Shown: positions 13,367-27,677, counted from the first letter of the stretch. The stretch: 64,000 nucleotides of DNA from Podarcis bocagei (GCA_964188305.1 OZ076888.1), one strand, 5' to 3'. Notes: generated by a model from the letters alone, not told the origin. Numbers and translations are program-made.

Positions 13367-13739
13367 AAAGGGAGTGGGTGGCGCTATGGTGAGCCTCTTG
13401 GGCTTGTTGATTGGAAGGTCAGCAGTTCGAATCCGCGTGATGGGGTGAGCTTCTGTTGCTCTGTTCCAGCTTCTGCCAACCTAGCAGTTCGGAACCATAC
13501 CAACAGGAGTAGATAAATAGGTATCACTGCGGCGGGAAGGTAAATGGTATTTCCATGCTCTCTCCACCCATCACAGTGTTCCATTGCACCAGTAGCAGTT
13601 TCATCATGCTGGCCACATGACCCGGAAAGCTGTCTGCAGACAAACACCAGCTCCCTCGGCCTGAAGCAAGATGAGCACTGCACCCCATGGTTGCATTTGA
13701 CTGGACTTAACTGTCCAGGGGTCCTTTACCTTTACCTAT
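13367..13739 (+). mobile_element. Sauria (Squam1) SINE, older subfamily, inserted in an AT-rich repeat
   Basis: tRNA-like head (GGTGGCGCT...GTTCGAATCC), conserved body, (ACCTTT)n tail; TSD ATGCATTCATA (13356-13366 and 13740-13750). Confidence 0.9.
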
Positions 13740-15306
13740 ATGCATTCATATGCAGATTAAAGCACACGAAGATGAAAATATAACGTAGAAGCCTATTTTG
13801 GCATTAAGTAGTATATCAATTAAATAACAACAATAAGAGCAGTTATAATGCAGGGAGCAATAAGGGCATCATGCCCAAGCCAAAAAAATCTGGACTCAAC
13901 ACAGGTCAAATAAAAAATCCCAAAGCAACTTTAACTGGGTTGTCACTACCCTACCAAATTTTAATCATGATGTGGGAAGAAATTTCGCTGCATCATACAT
14001 AGAATTGTAGGAAAGAATGCAAAGGGTCACCCATCTAGCCCAACCCCTTGCAATGCAGGAATCCCAACACTTCCAATTTGAAACCAAACCGGACCCTGCT
14101 TGGCTTTGCTATATTCTGAACCATTCAGAAGAGAAGCAATGAGTCTTTGTGTGTATTTCATATAAAAGTGCTAGGGAATGGCAACATTAATATGAAGCTT
14201 GACAAATCTATGTGTGAATTGTTCTTGCCCCCAGCTATCTTGTAAATGGGATGACCACAGAAAAAGTGTCAATATTGAAGCTGACTAACTGACTAAAACA
14301 TTAAAAATGACCAAATATATGACAATGTTTAGGCCTTGGGACTTGACTACCTCAGATGTGCTTTGCAATAGAGTTTGGGCCTCAGGAATCTCTGGATAGG
14401 CAAAGCTTGTCTTCTTTGGCTTGCAGTGTTGGCAAGGAAGAAAGCAGGAAGTATATTTTTCTTTGGAGGGTGTAGGGAGGAGGACTGATTATGTGATAGC
14501 TAGAGAGGGGGATTGTCTTCCTAAAGCCAGGGTTCAAATACTCCTGAAAGATAAATGTGTTGGCTGGGTCTAGTGGAAACACACCCCTTGCACTATCAAA
14601 TCCACAGGACAGCTTTTAATTTTACTATGACAAATTCTAGAGAGTAGGCTGGTTTTGTCTGCAGCAGCAGAAACCAGAGAGTCTCGACTCTTGTGGCACC
14701 TCAAAGACAAAATAATATTGTGGCAAAACTTTGTTCTCCAATATATTTGTTAGTCTTTAAGGTTGTTTTACTGTGTGATAATTTTCATATTTTCTTTCTT
14801 TCTCTGATCACAGGGGAGCAGTCAGTCCTTTCAAAATATGTTTCCTTTACATAGTCAGTATCTATGCCTTTGGAAACACCCTTTGAAAATAGGCAATTTG
14901 TATAGCTGAAGAGAATATATACTGAAATATTTGATTAACTGTGTAAAAATATCTGGGGCTTAGGTTGACAGACTCGTTTCATCAGGTTCCTGAGCTTTCC
15001 TCAAAATGTTCATGGATATTTCTAGTAGAAAGCGGATTTAAATACCTTTTTGTGGTTTCCTTTCAAGGAGGGGAAATGGGATACTTAATACAACTGTCAA
15101 AGCTGTAAGTGCTTTTCATATATTCTAGACTCTTATTAAAGGCAAGAGGTCACATACTAGACTCACTCATATGAGGCAAGAGCTAACAGAGCTTGCCTTT
15201 TAAGTTAAATGGGATGGCAAATGTGTCAGCCCTGAAACAAAAGACTGGCAAAAGGATGAGTTTTCCAACTTTTTCCATTTCACCATTTGAATCTCATGGC
15301 AGTCTG

Positions 15307-15493
15307 CAGTGGTGGACTTTGGTGTTTCAAATTTCAGTGGGGCCCTGTTGCACCCACCCACCCAGTCTCTTGCCTTCCATTCTGCTCAATTCACTACATC
15401 TACATCATAGTTGTGACACCCTGCAACGCCCCCCCCCCTAGGCTTGGCACCCAGTGCGGCAGAACCAATTGTGTTGCCTTAAATCTACCTCTG
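15307..15493. mobile_element. MITE with CAG...CTG ends and 7-bp TSD
   Basis: TIR-like CAGTGGTGGAC/ATCTACCTCTG; TSD CAGTCTG (15300-15306 and 15494-15500). Confidence 0.7.
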
Positions 15494-18400
15494 CAGTCTG
15501 CTTGCTGCTAGACTGGCAGTGCAGGGACACACAATATATTTATGAAAGTCATCACCAATCATGGAGGCAGAAGCAACACTGCATAAAAAGACCGACACTT
15601 TCAAAACCAGCTTTGGGGTTTGGGGGTGTAACACAAGTAACAGCGCTGAAAAATTAATCAAGTCCAAATTTGGAAAGTAAAGTCAAATGCCCTGGAATTT
15701 CCTTGCAGCCTCTGGCTCCGCCCACTCTCTCTCTGGCAAGATGAAGGCACTTGATTCCGTACATTCAATATTGCTGAATTTGTCAGAGTAGATTGTTAGT
15801 GGTCATGGTGCAGCTATTATTCTGCAATTTAATTCTGCAACACAATGGAACATTCAGGCAAGGATCGCTTCCCTCCTACCTCCACACTGGCCAGTCACAC
15901 TTGCACCACTGCATGCTGGTTATTACATCCTATGGAAGGTCATATGCATCTCCCATATGTACACTGAATCAGCGCATTCTTCTCCAGGGCTCCAAAAGTA
16001 GCATACTGACAAGCACAAGTAAGTTGTAGGAGCAGTCCTGGGGAGGTGCTGGGCTCTGGATGCACAAATGGGATGCACAAATGTAAAAGGAAAGTAGGTT
16101 GGCACCCCTCTTCATAAGTCTGGAAAAGGCTTAGGGGCTCATATAATAAGGCACTGCCACTTACTGTGTGGCTTCTAACCATTTTATGTTTTATATTAAC
16201 TGTTTTAATGCTGTGTTTTAAAATTGTATTTTGCATTATGTGGTTTTATTGTTTTTATTATGTGTTGTATGTCACCCAGAGGATATTAATTGTTAGATGA
16301 CTAATAAATATAGGAATAAATACATAAATAATTAAACATGGATGCCCCATTGCAGCTAATGGCCAGTGTGCTGAGGTACATGCTTGAATAGCCTTTGTTC
16401 AGTGGAGGAGTGAGGGGAACAAAGTACATTTCCATGGTGTAAAAGAGCAGAGTCCAATGAGGATTTTTTTATATATAAAAAAGCAGAGGTCTTTCTACTG
16501 CTTTGCTTAAAATAGATGGTACCACACCTTCCATAACAGATGCATTCAACTCCAGCCATCCAATCAGTCAGGCCTCCTTTATTGGCTTTCACCAGCCAGA
16601 ACAGACAAGGATCAAGTGGGCATGTGGTCGGTCTCTAACCTCCAAGCAAACATACACATTAAAAGATGACAAGCAGATGCTACGGTCACAACCACTGATC
16701 CTGCTCTAAATGTGGAGTCTAAGTAAGGGAATATGAGTGACTTTACCAACAAAGTGTTTTGCAGATTGATCACAGCTGGCATCCAAAGGTTCCTCCTCAC
16801 TACACAAGATGTTCAAATATAAGACCTCCTAAAGAAAATCTCTGTTGGCCAGCACTGTGCTAATGCAACATTGGCAGCGAAGTAGATGAGTGCTATGGGG
16901 TAGTTCCCAAAATGAGCTCTAGCCCATTCTCAGTCAGATTCATTGCAAGTCTTCCTCCAGCTTTGCTCTAACTCTTTCCAGTTGCTTCATCACCCCCGGT
17001 TCCTCAAGAATCCAAGAAGCTTGAGCACTTCCTGATGGGAGAGAGGGTTGGGGAGTGATTATGTCAACCATTTGTGCCATTTTTCTATTCCAGAGATCAA
17101 CCAGCATCTTGCTGGTGACAAATGATTGCTTTTCTGGTACTGTTTAGAGGGATACAGAGTGCAAGGACTTGTGAGGACGAATGTAGTGTAGTGGTTAAAG
17201 TGTGAGCTGTGAATCAAAAAACCAGGAGTTGCAACCTCAACCTTATGCATGGTGGTCAACCTTACAGGGCAGTTGGATGGATTACTGGGAGAACAAGAAT
17301 TGAGGTAGCCCAAAATTGCCTATACATATAAACGAGCATGTGCACATTTTTTACTGAACATTGTATCCTTTGGCCCCAGGAACCTAGTCTTTTAAATACC
17401 TAGCAATGCCCCAAATGGACTGACTAAAGAAAAGGTCTGTGGGGCTTTGAGAGTTGCATCTCGCTCAGAGATGCCATCATAACTATTACACAAGTTAGTC
17501 TTTTTGCCCATTAATCCTGATTTTAATGTTATACTTGTGAGAGATCCAAAAGGGGGTACGAATCACCCGGGTTAGGTGTTAATTGTTTTTACCTATAGCC
17601 TATAGCAGCTGGCTAGTTTTCACTCTTTGCTGGATCCATGGCACGCCTCTAAGATATACCCAGACCATTCAACTTTCTTAAACGTCACAGCCAAATGAGC
17701 AGGTGGTATTGTCCTTCCAAGGGGTGGCTGGGTCCTCTCAGGGCTCATGCCGCACATCAGTTCTCTAATGCTCCTTCAGCAGCAGCAAATAATGACACTC
17801 AATTGACTACCTGATGAAAGAGAGAACCTTTCTCTTTTTATTATTATTAGATGTATAACCTCTTGTTGACCTCAGTTAAAAATGTTGAACTGAGTTTTTA
17901 AACCCTCTTTAACCACCAGACCATAATGAACCACTGCTCCAAAAGTCACGAATGCTCAAGTTCAGGGGACTGTTTAAGTATAACAGTCTGATTAGAAAGA
18001 CTGATGAATTTATGATGATCTATGAGGGAAAGGTCAAAGATCAAGTTACCATTTTCTCCTCATAGATTTGATGGACCATGACAAATACATTCGCCAGACT
18101 TCAGTATTCTATCTCAATGGAGAAATGGAAATTAATTGCATCCGTCCATCAGTCACCCCCTAACAACATCTGCGTTGCATTATAGGTTTTAGAACTGGAG
18201 GTGAACCACAATCAGAGAGCTTTAAATCAGAAACCTCTGGAATTGGCAGAAAGGCTAGGTCACATTCTCATTCATGTGTTTAAGTTTACTTGTGTGATCC
18301 TCTCAGTTCTTATCCACAATCTGAGAGACAGAGAGAGCACATCATTTTCTTGTTGCTGATTGGATGCAGCTGAACTATTATGAGAAGAATTATTCTTTTG

Positions 18401-19755
18401 ACAATTTGGTTTCCAGTGATGGAAAAAATATAAATGATGAGTCATTTTAATTAAATGGCCAATATATTTGGCTCACATTGAAAAAAGACATGCTGTATGA
18501 TTTTGACACCTCCCATTTTGAACCTAAACTGAAGCTAGAAGACTGTTCCAGTTCATTCAACCATTACTGCAAAGAAAATAGTTGGCATGTATGGAGAAAT
18601 TTAATTGTTATATGGGATCTCACATCCCAGAAGCCACATTGTGGGAAAGTAGAAAAAGAACAACAACCCACAATTAAATAATGGACCTCCATTCATTATG
18701 AGCTGGTTCACACCTGTATGCTCATCACTGGATGACTACAACATCAGGTGATGTCTTGTCACATCACATTGCTTCGAACATAAAAGTATTTTATTAGAAT
18801 CATTCAACGCACTCAGACTGGATTAAGAGGTAGACCCCCGCCCCTCCCCAAGATGCATTCTTTGTGGCCTAGTGGGATGAAGAAAAATGCCTACACTTGA
18901 TCCTGATGCCCCCATCCTTTCCACAAGGTTAGTAGGGACCTTCACAGCAATAGGACTCTGGAGAAAAAGTAGACCTAAGACACAGGCGCAAATATTGGCA
19001 GGGCACTGCTTTGTTCTTGATCGGGAATTCACTTTCCACTTTTTTTCATTTTTAAATGTTCATATGAGGATTTATGTGGAATTGCAAGTAAATGTTCAAC
19101 CTTTACAGAATAAAATGAAATATACATTTTATTTTTGTTTGGGTTTTTAAAAAAAATTTAAAACTATATAGACATCTCAGGAATGGGGAAGGGAAAATAA
19201 AATACCCCTACAAGACACATGAACTAAAGTTCTTGTGGTAGGGAAAATTCGTATTTTACTATTCACCACAAGTGCTGCAAATTTCCTTGTATAAGAAGAG
19301 GAAATTAGAAATGCCCTTGATATCCCCCTCAAAACTATACATGCCTTTATCATCTCTAGCAATTTAACTCAGCAATGCTGTTACATCCTGAGCCATGCAG
19401 TAAATCCTGTAATGCCTGCGTCTTGCTATTCATTAAGATGTTCAGATCAAAGGCGTTTCTGAGGTTCATCTTCTTTATATCACCCTCTATAAAATTAAGG
19501 ATAATGTGGAAGGGAAGTAGATACAGTCATTTAATATAAAGGAACTCTCACTGGTAGGCAACAGAATGTATTTCTGGAATAATGTTACCTGTTATGAGTA
19601 TTGAAGGCTGAGCTGAAGTGCAAGCGTAGCTGCTCATATAGAAGAATATTCTCCTTAACACCATGCACATGAATGCAGCTTCTGGGCAGCTTCTGATGCA
19701 TATGGGAAGCTCTCAGCTTCCCTCTTCAGGGAAATAATGTATGTAGTATGTAATA

Positions 19756-20128
19756 AAGGTAAAAGGTAAAGGTACCCCTGCCCGTACGGGCCAGTTGTGT
19801 CCGACTCCAGGGTTGTGCGCCCATCCCACTTAAGAGGCCGGGGGCCAGCGCTGTCCGAAGACACTTCCGGGTCACGTGGCCAGCGTGACAAAACTGCTTT
19901 GGCGAGCCAGCACCAGCGCAGCACACGGAAACGCCGTTTACCTTCCCGCTATAAAGCGGTACCTATTTATCTACTTGCACTTAGGGGTGCTTTCAAACTG
20001 CTAGGTGGGCAGGAGCTGGGACTGAAAGACGGGAGCTCACCCCGCCGCGGGGATTCGAACCGCCGACCATACGATCGGCAAGCCCTAGGCGCTGAGGTTT
20101 TACCGACAGCGCCACCCGCGTCCCACAA
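19756..20128 (-). mobile_element. Sauria (Squam1) SINE, CpG-rich young variant subfamily
   Basis: Reverse-complement head GGGACGCGGGTGGCGCTG, B-box GGTTCGAATCC, (ACCTTT)n tail; TSD GTAGTATGTAATA (19743-19755 and 20129-20141). Confidence 0.93.
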
Positions 20129-21404
20129 GTAGTATGTAATAGGCTCACTTAATTTAAAACACATCTGTACATACAAAGTTTTAGAAACTTTTATTTTAAA
20201 AATGAAGAAGAAAAGAAGTCAGTTGGGATCAGGCTGGGCCACTCCTTTAGGAATGTGCAGGGAACAAAGACAGCCAAATAGAGGAAGATCTGGAGAGTGC
20301 CCAGAGTATGAGAGAGCAGTGCTGGGTTTGCATTGTCATTAAAGAAGGTTCCTCCTGGTATTTAGGCCCAGTGTAACAGGTGTCTATTTTGTGTGATGAT
20401 ATTTATGGGGTATTAGTTAGCGGTTACAATAGGCCTCTCCCATGAAGTCCTGCAGCAAAGCATCCTATAAGTGGACAATTTGAAAACTACCTTCCATGTG
20501 CTATGTTATGCAGGACAAATGCATTCCACAACCCCCAGAGACACAATTACTTTCAGAAATGTTAAATGATAATGAGATAGCTATGACAAACAGTTAGCTA
20601 TGAATGCTAATTAAAATATCAACCACCCTAAAGCTGACGTTTATTCATTAGGAAGGGAGAGATGTATTCCTTGGTGCACTTCCGCTTCCTCTCATCTCCC
20701 CGCATGCTCTCAAAATCTGTTCTTTAGGACCCCCCAATCCTATGGAGCAGAATTTGAGGGTGCATAGAGGATTTCAGGGAACAGGAAAGGAGGAGGAAGT
20801 TCTGTTGCGTGAGCAGAACAGCAGCATTTAATAGATGCTTTAGTCTTTTCATAATAAAACTAATTTGATGTGGCATTTAACATCCACATTCAGCTTGTAT
20901 TTTAAAGATGAAGCACTCTCTTTTTCTTACATGATATTTTGGGATTCTCTTTTTCTTCTTAACCATTTAATCTGGGTTAAGACAGTTGTTCCTGTGTATT
21001 TTTTTAGGGTCTATAATTCTTCCATGTAATTGGCTCTTCACAATCCTGTTCAACATATTTGTGAGATACTTAAACATACAGAAAGGACTTTCTTCTAACC
21101 AAGCTCGCATCCACCCAAGATGACTTTTATCTCCGATAACCACTAATTAGCACAACTGATTTTAGAACAGCCACAGATCCATCCCTCAAATAGTCAGCTT
21201 GCTGTCTCTTGGAGCCTGTGATACTCCGCCCAAAAGGCAGATGAGAATGGCTACCACTGTCTTCCAAATCCCCATATTTAGCAGAAGGATAAATTTGTCC
21301 ATTATATTTTTTGTGTGCCAAAGAATTCCTATCCAAGCACCAAAGCACAAGCATGCCATTTTTTTTATTAAGACAACCTAAAGAGTTCCTGTGGATCTGT
21401 AGGG

Positions 21405-21540
21405 CAGGCATAGGCAAACTTGGCCCTCCAGATGTTTTTGGCCTACAACTCCTATGATCCCTAGCTAACAGGACCAGTGGTCATGGATGATGGGAATTGT
21501 AGTCCCCAAACATCTGGAGGGCCGAGTTTGCCTATGCCTG
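21405..21540. mobile_element. hAT-Charlie-type palindromic MITE (136 bp)
   Basis: Long TIR CAGGCATAGGCAAACT...AGTTTGCCTATGCCTG, almost fully self-complementary; 8-bp TSD CTGTAGGG/CTCTAGGG. Confidence 0.9.
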
Positions 21541-24276
21541 CTCTAGGGCTATGTACACATTTCTGGCTTAAAACACAGTTCCTTGTCTCAAGTCTCAATT
21601 CATTTCAAAGTTGGCTTGGAGGGGAGATACATCAGAACACAGAATTTCATGCATGAGAAACAACAGGACACATATGGATTGTGGCTAACATCATGTGTAC
21701 ACCACTTCCCAATCCGGCAGCGGGAGCACAATGGATGCAGAGGAAACAGGAGTGTGTAAACAGCCTTTGCCTTAGTTTGTATGCACTTAGCAGGCTATAT
21801 GTGAAGTGGGTGCTCTATGGGAAGGTATGATTTTGGGACGAGAAAGATCACACAAATTTGTTTAACACATCTGTGCAGTCAATCCACCACGTGCCATATG
21901 TACCTGGTGGAGGGAAGGTAATGTACCTGCTCCTGCAACACATAAAGAGGACCAACACTAATTGTCTGGTTAAAAAAACCAGACATAAGATGTCCATGCA
22001 TCACTGGATACTCCTTGGCGCTCCCACTAGGAGCTTTGGTGATTGAACTTCATCGTGGTTGCCTCACCACCACCCCCACAGGACTTACCGTAGTTAACTT
22101 ATTTTTAATTGCTTCCCCCATCATGCCACAGTATCTGCAGTGTGGACTCTCTTCTCTTCTGAGTGCAAGCCACTGCAGGTTTTAGTTGTGCCAGCTGTCA
22201 TGTGTTGGTTCCTCCAGCTCCCGCAACTCTTTCTAGCATTACAGAGCTCCTTTTGAACTAATTTTCCCTATATATATGTTTTTAAAAGACTTAAAATTGA
22301 GATCTAGTTTTGGGAGGAAAGTTGAGTAAACAAATAAAATACGATGTCACATGATGATTCAAACGAGTGGTTCCCAAACTCTCCCCCTCCCTACAATGGG
22401 TGACTTAAAAATTACTGATAGCCTTGGCAGAGCACTCAGTGATTTTTCTGATTGTCGTAGCAATCTCAATGACTGTGTTAGATGCTGTATTTTTGAATTT
22501 TTATTGCTTCTTTTGTTTCTTATATTGTATTTTATTGTATTAAAATTGGCATTCCATAGAATTCAAATAGTAATTGGTTGAAATCCAGCAAAGCTAAGCA
22601 ATGGCGACATTCAAAGTTTGGAGTTTTCACTGAAGTTTCCAATGCAGTGGCATGTACTAAGGAGCCAAGCCACTTAAAAATTAAAATGGAAAAGTGCCAC
22701 TTCAGTGCATGGTGGAATTTAAAAACAACAACATCCAGCTCGTCAAATTTTTCTTTGGTTATTTTCACTGAAAGTGCACCAGGGCTTGCCTGCTTGTCCT
22801 TGGGTCAAAGGTTAGGATTAGCCAACTGCAGTAATATTTGTGAGTAGCTGCACTCTATATATTGCTTAAAACACTTAACTGACAGAGAAGTATTTAAGAT
22901 TAAATCAGGGCTTTCCCTCAGCTTGATCAGATCTGCCATAGGATCACAATTCCAGCAGCTGCTACTTTGGTCCCATGCAAAAACCAAACACACAAACTTA
23001 GAAAAGGGGAACACTAGAGACCTCAACTTTGCCAATTAGCTTAACTCCATGGGAGACCACACTGTGCAACCCATATGTTTTCTAACTTTTTCCATACACC
23101 ATCCTGATCTCCCACTGCATCCCTACCTGGCCCAGCCTGACCCACACAGCTGTGATGCTTAGAGAAGCGGGGCAAAGACTGTGTCGCCTCAGAGGAAATT
23201 TGCTGGGTGGTCTCTTCTGTACTACACATGTTGCCTGGAGCAATATCAAATCATAATAAACAAGTCCAACACACAACCCCCTGTCAGTTCAGATTCCATT
23301 TAGACTGATATAATCTTCATTTTCACTTTGAAAGGCGGGAGGAAGCAGGGGAGAAGATAGACCTCCTTCCAGGGAGCGAGAAAGGCGCATGACATACAAG
23401 TAATATTCTTGCTGGCAAAGTGACTTACCAAGAGTATGTATACAAACGTGCTACTCACCAGCCTTTTGTCCCCTGTGTTGCACTTCCTCCTGCTATCCTC
23501 ATGATTCCATGGGGAATATGCTTATTTAATTACCTTGTCCTGATTGAGCTGACTGGTGCCAAAGGAGCACAGGAATGACATCATGAAAAGAAGAGAGGGC
23601 AACCCTGAAGCTTTTGCAGTCTTATTAGAACAAAAAAATCAGTATGAATGAATTACATGAAAATATTTTGATGGATGCCACTCTCTCAAGAGCACATATG
23701 GGAATAAGACCAAAGATATAACATGTGTGGCATGAATCGCATAACGTATGTGCAAAAAAGATTTATGGGTGTGCATTACGACAGAGCCTTCCTTTCTCCA
23801 CAAAGGCCCAGGAGTGCCATAGAGTGTGTTCTGGTGGACAGATCTGTGGTCAGGGCACTGCTAGCAATTGTGCACAAAATTCTGCAAGTGCAGCACTATG
23901 CCCCTTTTTCAAATAAGCCTCAAATATTTCAAACACCCAAACAGGTGAAAAGTACAGTGGACCTGGATGGAGAGACTCACCCTTCTGGTTTTGCAATATG
24001 GAATCCAAGTATAATATACAACCAGCAGCAGACAGAGCTCTAGCTAAGTGGTTTCCAAACATTTTATTAGAAGAACCCAGCAATGCAGCTTTATCTAGTT
24101 TGGGACCCTCCACTCAGTCATATTCCTCTGCTCGGTGATTCTGAGTTATAAGCCTCCAGGTGTACCGTAGGTGAACTCTGCTCTGCCAGTTACCTGACAG
24201 CCATACTGTTTTTGTTGTCCCCAATAGGCTGCTACAGCAGGGAGACTAACCACAGGACTGTCTAACACAAAGCGAA

Positions 24277-24465
24277 AGGCTGTAGCTCTGTGGTAGAGCA
24301 TCTGCTTTGCCCACAGAAGGTCCCAGGTTCAATCCCCAGTATCTCCAAGTGAGGCTGGAAAAAAGCCTTGTCTGAAATCCTGGAGAACTGCTGCCAATCT
24401 GTGTAGACAATACTGCGATGGATGGCCCAATGGTGTGACTCATTCAGGTGGTTTCCGATGTTCCT
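24277..24465 (+). mobile_element. tRNA-derived SINE (Squam3-like)
   Basis: A box TAGCTCTGTGG, B box GGTTCAATCC, body GTGTAGACAATACTG, ATGTTC tail. More decayed copies at ~6240-6430 (+) and ~8843-9010 (+). Confidence 0.75.
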
Positions 24466-24859
24466 ACTACAAGCCTGTGCAAACTTTGGTGGGATAGAAA
24501 TGCACATCTGATGGGCTGCATTCAGCTTGGTGGGTGAAAAGTAATTTTCAAGTGTTTCCAAGGCAAAAACAGGCTTTTTTTTTGGGGGGGGGGTCTATGA
24601 AGAGCCAGGGAGGCTGCACCTGAGGACTCAAGTTAAATTTCTTGTAAAAATATGAGTTAATGCTGAGAGGCAGTGTAAGTTGAAAAATTCAACACACCCT
24701 ATTGTGGCAACATTGGGCTGACCACTGTTGGAAAGACGATACTGGACAATGTGGACTTTTGGTCTGACCCAACCAAGTCTTAAACTGTGCAGACTAGTCG
24801 CAGGGTTTCATACTGCAGACTCTTGAGTCTAAAATGCTAAATAAGTGCACTAGCTTCCA

Positions 24860-25270
24860 ATTAGCTACTGGGCTAATTTCAATGTGCTGGTACTGGTGTG
24901 CAACACCCTATAAAGCTTGGGACCAGGACACCTAAAAGATTGTCTCACCCAACCAAGAACTGTGCTGTTTACCTCTTGCAGATACCATGTCAATAGGAGA
25001 TCCATTCCGTATGATGTGGGAATTGGACCTTTAGAGTGTGGCACCAACCCTCTGGAGCTCCTTCCCCTCACGTGTTAGACAGGCACAGTCTCTATTGTCT
25101 TCAGCACTCACTGAAGCCTTTTAAGTGGATATTTTTATCCCAGTCTGTAATATATGTTGGATTAACATTTGCTTCTATATGCATCCTTCTTGTTTTAATT
25201 GTTAATCGCTTTGGGATGCTTTATGAGGAATGATTCATAGGTGAAATTAAATCAAACACATAAATAATGG
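24860..25270 (+). mobile_element. Degraded L2-type LINE 3' fragment; similar relics at ~25740-26260, ~30115-30510, ~3595-3790 (-) and ~59815-60200 (-)
   Basis: Recurring L2 nucleotide motifs (AATTCAA.GTGCTG, AAAGCCCT, GTGGCACC...TGGA.CTCC) and A-rich microsatellite tails; boundaries approximate. Confidence 0.55.
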
Positions 25271-26261
25271 AATTGCTAAAACTCTGGTGTTTAAACCCCC
25301 CAGTCTATTGTATATTGAGATGCTGCAGAGCTCGCAGGTTTGTATACAGAGTTGATGTTTAACTGAAACAGACACAGACACAGTATGGAGGGTCAAGTCA
25401 TCTCCTGGCAATCAGGCATGTCTGGTTCTGGTTCTCTTCATTTGCTTTACACATGACTGGGCAGGCTGAGAATGTTCATAGCCTGCTTGTTACATCTTCA
25501 CACTCCAGTTATTAGCTTCCTTGCACTAAAGTTCTGTTCAAAAGGCACAGGGAATGAATGTGCAGACGTAAGAAGAGCCTGCCAGATGAGGCCAGTGGCC
25601 CATCTAGTCTAGCATCCTGTTCTCACAAAGGACAGCCAGAAGCCCTTGGGAAGCCCCAAAGCGAGACCTGAGCACAACAGCACTTTGCTTGCTTGTGATT
25701 CTCAGCAACTGCCTCCGAAAGTGGAGCTAGAATATAGCCACCATGGCAAGACACAAGTATTATTGGTTAGTAGAAATGTGAACTGGGATTGGAACCTTTT
25801 CTGGATGGGGCTGCACTCTCACAGAAGAGCTAGGTTCAAAGGTAAGGGTGCTCCTGAACCCGCCATTGCTCCTAGATGGCTAGGTGGCTGCTGTGGCTAG
25901 GAGTGCTTTTGTCAGCTTGAACCAGTATACCAACTGCATCTATTCCTGGAGAAAGCATATCTCCCCTTAGTCAAATCCATCTTAGGTTAGTGCAATGCAC
26001 TGTACACGGAGATCCTCTTGAAAAGTGTTCTAAAACTACAGCTGGTGTAAATATGCAATAGCCACAATAATTTCTGGTGCCTGTTTTTCTGACCATATTG
26101 CTCTAGTCTTGTTTTAATTTACATTAGTTTCCAATTCATTTCTGGGCCAAATTCAAGCTGCTGATTTTATTTTACCTATATAAAGCCCTACATGGCTCAG
26201 AACCTTCTCTTCCAACATGAACCTGTCCATCAGTTGTAGTCCTCCTCTCTGCACCCCACTC

Positions 26262-26394
26262 TGATGTGCTTTCAAACTGCTAGGTGGGCAGGAGCTGGGA
26301 CCAAACAATGGGAGCTCACCCCATCGCAGGGATTCGAACCGCCGACCTTCTGATCGGCAAGCCCTAGGCTCTGTGGTTTAGACCACAGTGCCAC
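26262..26394 (-). mobile_element. Sauria SINE 5' fragment (tRNA-related head only)
   Basis: Near-identical to the first ~130 nt of the full copies in this window. Confidence 0.85.
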
Positions 26395-27615
26395 TTAGCA
26401 GTATATAAATAGTTTTATAAATAAATCAAAAATTCCCAGCATTTTAGTGCACATTTCCCCTAATATATACATTTTTAGCAAGCAATTCCCCCTCCAGTCT
26501 AATGCATTTCAGTATGATAATGAGTATCTGCACTTTATATACATTTCCCCCTAATATGCACAACTACAAGAAAACTGCATTGCAAATTTTGGAGAAGAGC
26601 AAACTTTGAAGGAGAGCTGCATTTTGGTTCATGTATTGTTTTAGAAAGTACAAATTCGGTAATTTTCGCAAAAAACAACAACCTGCATCTCTCCCACTAT
26701 CCCAGTTGGTGGGCCTCAGGATCCTAATAAAATACAAAGTAGATTCTATAAGGCCGAAGTCTGCCCTCCCTATGTTTAATTACTTTCTCACAGCCACATC
26801 AAGGCGACCATTTTACCACACATTGTGCCACATGTTTTACTACACAGCTGCACCTGACATGTAAAATCCTCCTTACCACTTGGAAGGATGATACAGTTGA
26901 CTAAACTTGGCACACTAGCTTGTTTCTTTGTATGGGCTCTCAATGAAAAAGAGAGCAGGAGTTTAATAGCATGATGTCGGCTTGCTAAAATTAAGCACCT
27001 GTGAGAATGAAGATAGCATATGTCATTTGAATTTCACACAGTTGTGGAAGGCTGTTACTTTCAGAAATTCTTCTTCCACAGCCACGCAAAGACATACAAA
27101 AATGGGAAGTGGTTCCTTTATTCTGAGGGGAAAGAAGTGAGTTCTTCTGTTTTGCTTAATAATAATACCTTTTGCTTAATAATCTGGAGCACCAACCCAG
27201 TAAAAAGAGAACCCGTGTTTACCTCAGGGTGAAGGCAACAGCTTAATCATTAATTGCTGCTAGTTTTAAACGTCAAAACCCAACCCAGCCTCAGAAGTAT
27301 TGCCTGGTCTTCAGTGACTGTCGCTGATGGGAAACTCATTGGAGCATATATTTGGAGGGGAAGAAGGTTAAGATGATTAACTGGTGCTAACAAGTTTAGG
27401 ATGTGGAAGAAGTATTTTCTTGGACGTCCATCAAAGAGGGGATTGAATGTTCCGAAGCACAGTGGTGGGAGGGGTAGGAATGGAGGAGGCTGGGGGTGTT
27501 ATGTGTTTACCAGATGATATTTCTCAACCAGCTTTGCCTCCTTAGCTGTCCTTCCCAGCAGGCACAGCAGAACTCCTCTTTCTGCTCCTAACCCCCTCCC
27601 TCCCACCCTAGACCT

Positions 27616-27618
<3 letters not shown>

Positions 27619-27674
<56 letters not shown>
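27619..27674. repeat. (AG)28 microsatellite
   Basis: Direct reading. Confidence 0.97.

Positions 27675-27677
<3 letters not shown>

Noticed and set aside
18001-18050. CTGATGA...GAAA as a hammerhead ribozyme (also CTGATGA at 17811)
   Set aside because: Stem II is weak and no correctly placed NUH follows stem III; the 17811 site lacks GAAA after its hairpin.
23420-23520. Two strong minus-strand donors (gtgagt ~23459, gtaagt ~23428) as extra COL13A1 exons; similar lone donors at ~22088 and ~27220
   Set aside because: No matching acceptor gives an in-frame or collagen-like exon; unsupported without RNA data.
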